A program made the position numbers and the translations under genes. A DNA stretch of 58,033 nt, taken from the NCBI GenBank assembly GCA_018652475.1, contig JABICB010000009.1:1-58033 (forward strand). The letters run 5' to 3'. The stretch is from an archaeon. GTDB lineage: Archaea; Nanobdellota; Nanobdellia; SCGC-AAA011-G17; PNOQ01. The notes under the pieces are model-generated. The model made no database searches. It worked only from the letters and a program-made list of their open reading frames with translations, and was not told the DNA's origin. Of this stretch, positions 56,604 through 58,033 are shown in pieces. Positions within the stretch are counted from its first letter, which is position 1. Every line of letters begins with the position of its first letter.

Positions 56604-57828
56604 GTTTAATTAATTTAATTTCTTCTATTCTTTGCATATCTATTTTTGTTATAATTATTTCTATATCATCTATTTTCAATTTATCTTTTTTCTTTGGAAT
56701 TCTTCCAAGTTTATCTAAGATTAATCCACTAATTGTGTTTGAATCTTCTCTTTCTTCAAGTTCTAATTTTAATCTTTCATTGATCAAATCTAACTCAGTA
56801 TTTCCTTTAATTAAATATGTTCTTGATTCAATTCTTTTGATGGGTTTTTCTTCTTTATCAGTTTCATCATAGATTTCTCCAGTTATCTCTTCTAATAAAT
56901 CTTCAAGAGTTACTAAACCTTCAATTCCACCGTGTTCATCAACTACCATCGCCATATGCATTTTTTTATTTTGAAATTCTTTTAGTAGTAAATCTATTCT
57001 TTTATTTCTTGGAACAAATAATGTTTTTCTTGCTATTTTTTTAAGATTGATTTTTCTTTTTGTATTTAAGTAAGGGATTAAATCTTTTATATATAAAAGG
57101 CCAATAATATTATCTTTATTCTCTTCGTATATTGGTATTCTTGAAAATCCAGATTCCTTAATTGTTTTTTTAATTTCATTAAGTTTTGAATTTACTTCTA
57201 AGGAAGTTACATTAGTTCTTGGAGTCATAACTTCCCAAGTATGAATATCATTGAATGTGAAAATGTTATGAATCATCTCTTTCTCTATCTTTTCAATTGC
57301 TCCTTCTTCTTCACCCATTGTAACTAATGTTTTAATTTCATCTTCTGTTATTTTTGGTATATTCTTATCTCTCATTACTGCCTTAGTTAATCCTTCGAAT
57401 AAACTTATTAGGGGTTTTAGTCCTATTCCTATAATATAAATTGGTTTTGCAGCCATCAGTGCTATTTTTTCTGCATGTTTTGTTGCTATAGTTTTCGGTA
57501 TTATCTCTCCAAATGTTAATATTAAAAAAGTCATAACTCCTGTTGCAATTCCAACTCCTTTACTTCCAAACATTTCTATAGCTATTGCTGTTGCAAAAGA
57601 AGCTCCGAAAATATTCACTACATTATTTGCTATTGCGATATTTATTAATAACTGGTGTGGATTCTCTCTTATTTTTTTCAAAGTTAAAGAACCCTTTCTC
57701 TTTTGATCTACTAAATGCCTTATTTTCAATCTACTTAATGATATTAAAGCAATTTCACTGCTCGAAAAAAAAGCTGATAGAAACAAGACTATAGTTAATG
57801 TTATTATTTCTGTATACATGTAGTGCAC
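56587..57828 (-). CDS. CNNM/CorC-family transporter (DUF21 + CBS pair + CorC_HlyC)
   Basis: N-terminal TM DUF21 region, a CBS pair, and a C-terminal transporter-associated domain. Confidence 0.8.
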   Translation of the reverse strand: MHYMYTEIITLTIVLFLSAFFSSSEIALISLSRLKIRHLVDQKRKGSLTLKKIRENPHQLLINIAIANNVVNIFGASFATAIAIEMFGSKGVGIATGVMTFLILTFGEIIPKTIATKHAEKIALMAAKPIYIIGIGLKPLISLFEGLTKAVMRDKNIPKITEDEIKTLVTMGEEEGAIEKIEKEMIHNIFTFNDIHTWEVMTPRTNVTSLEVNSKLNEIKKTIKESGFSRIPIYEENKDNIIGLLYIKDLIPYLNTKRKINLKKIARKTLFVPRNKRIDLLLKEFQNKKMHMAMVVDEHGGIEGLVTLEDLLEEITGEIYDETDKEEKPIKRIESRTYLIKGNTELDLINERLKLELEEREDSNTISGLILDKLGRIPKKKDKLKIDDIEIIITKIDMQRIEEIKLIKHGKNN

Positions 57829-57863
57829 CTAGGATTATTATGTGTATATTTTTATTTAAAAAT

Positions 57864-58033
57864 TTATTGGAATTGATCCAATGTAGTTTTTTCTAATATT
57901 TCTTCATATTTACTACATTCACAAAAAATATGTCCACTTTTTTGATAATCTTCAATGTTTTCTGTTTGTGTTTTTTCTTGAATTAATTTACATTCTTTTA
58001 CTGCATGATCAACTAATTCTTGATTTACTTCTA
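57864..58033 (-). CDS. 3' end of an unidentified gene (partial, continues off the right edge)
   Basis: Open frame to the window edge: ...EVNQELVDHAVKECKLIQEKTQTENIEDYQKSGHIFCECSKYEEILEKTTLDQFQ*. Confidence 0.35.
   Translation of the reverse strand, partial: EVNQELVDHAVKECKLIQEKTQTENIEDYQKSGHIFCECSKYEEILEKTTLDQFQ

Overview
This is a strongly AT-rich, very gene-dense segment of an archaeal chromosome. The archaeal assignment rests on r-proteins S24e, S27ae, S28e, S6e, L7Ae, L24e, L35Ae and L10e, plus aIF2-gamma, aIF5B, RpoE', Spt4, Sec61-beta, NAC and an RNase P RNA. Tiny intergenic spacers, frequent ATGA-type stop/start overlaps, many orphan proteins and a sprinkling of bacterial-type genes fit a reduced DPANN-like (episymbiotic) archaeon. 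Those bacterial-type genes are gyrase, LspA, MetK, a SpoT-type HD hydrolase, NlpC/P60-CHAP and RHS core. That placement is inference; no taxonomic search was possible. The window starts inside the 3' end of a 23S rRNA and carries RNase P RNA, tRNA-His and tRNA-Val. I saw no CRISPR array, transposase or integrase. The most unusual content is a family of three secreted, shell-less 'mini-RHS' proteins. Each has a signal peptide, a conserved 119-codon RHS-associated core module and an unrelated C-terminal domain (HExxH, NlpC/P60-CHAP-like, unknown). Near-identical DNA runs end at the DPxG junction, as in polymorphic-toxin cassettes. A free-standing secreted homologue of one C-terminal domain is also present. 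Other candidates are: (1) a tightly coupled operon of unrecognisable proteins ending in a xylose-isomerase-like TIM barrel split by a ~270-aa insertion; (2) an OCD / ATP-grasp / class-I amidotransferase cassette; (3) two tandem helical paralogues translationally coupled to MinD; (4) an orphan proteasome-beta/HslV-like Ntn hydrolase. All calls come from reading motifs by eye. No BLAST, HMM or folding was run, and boundaries of RNA and regulatory features are approximate.
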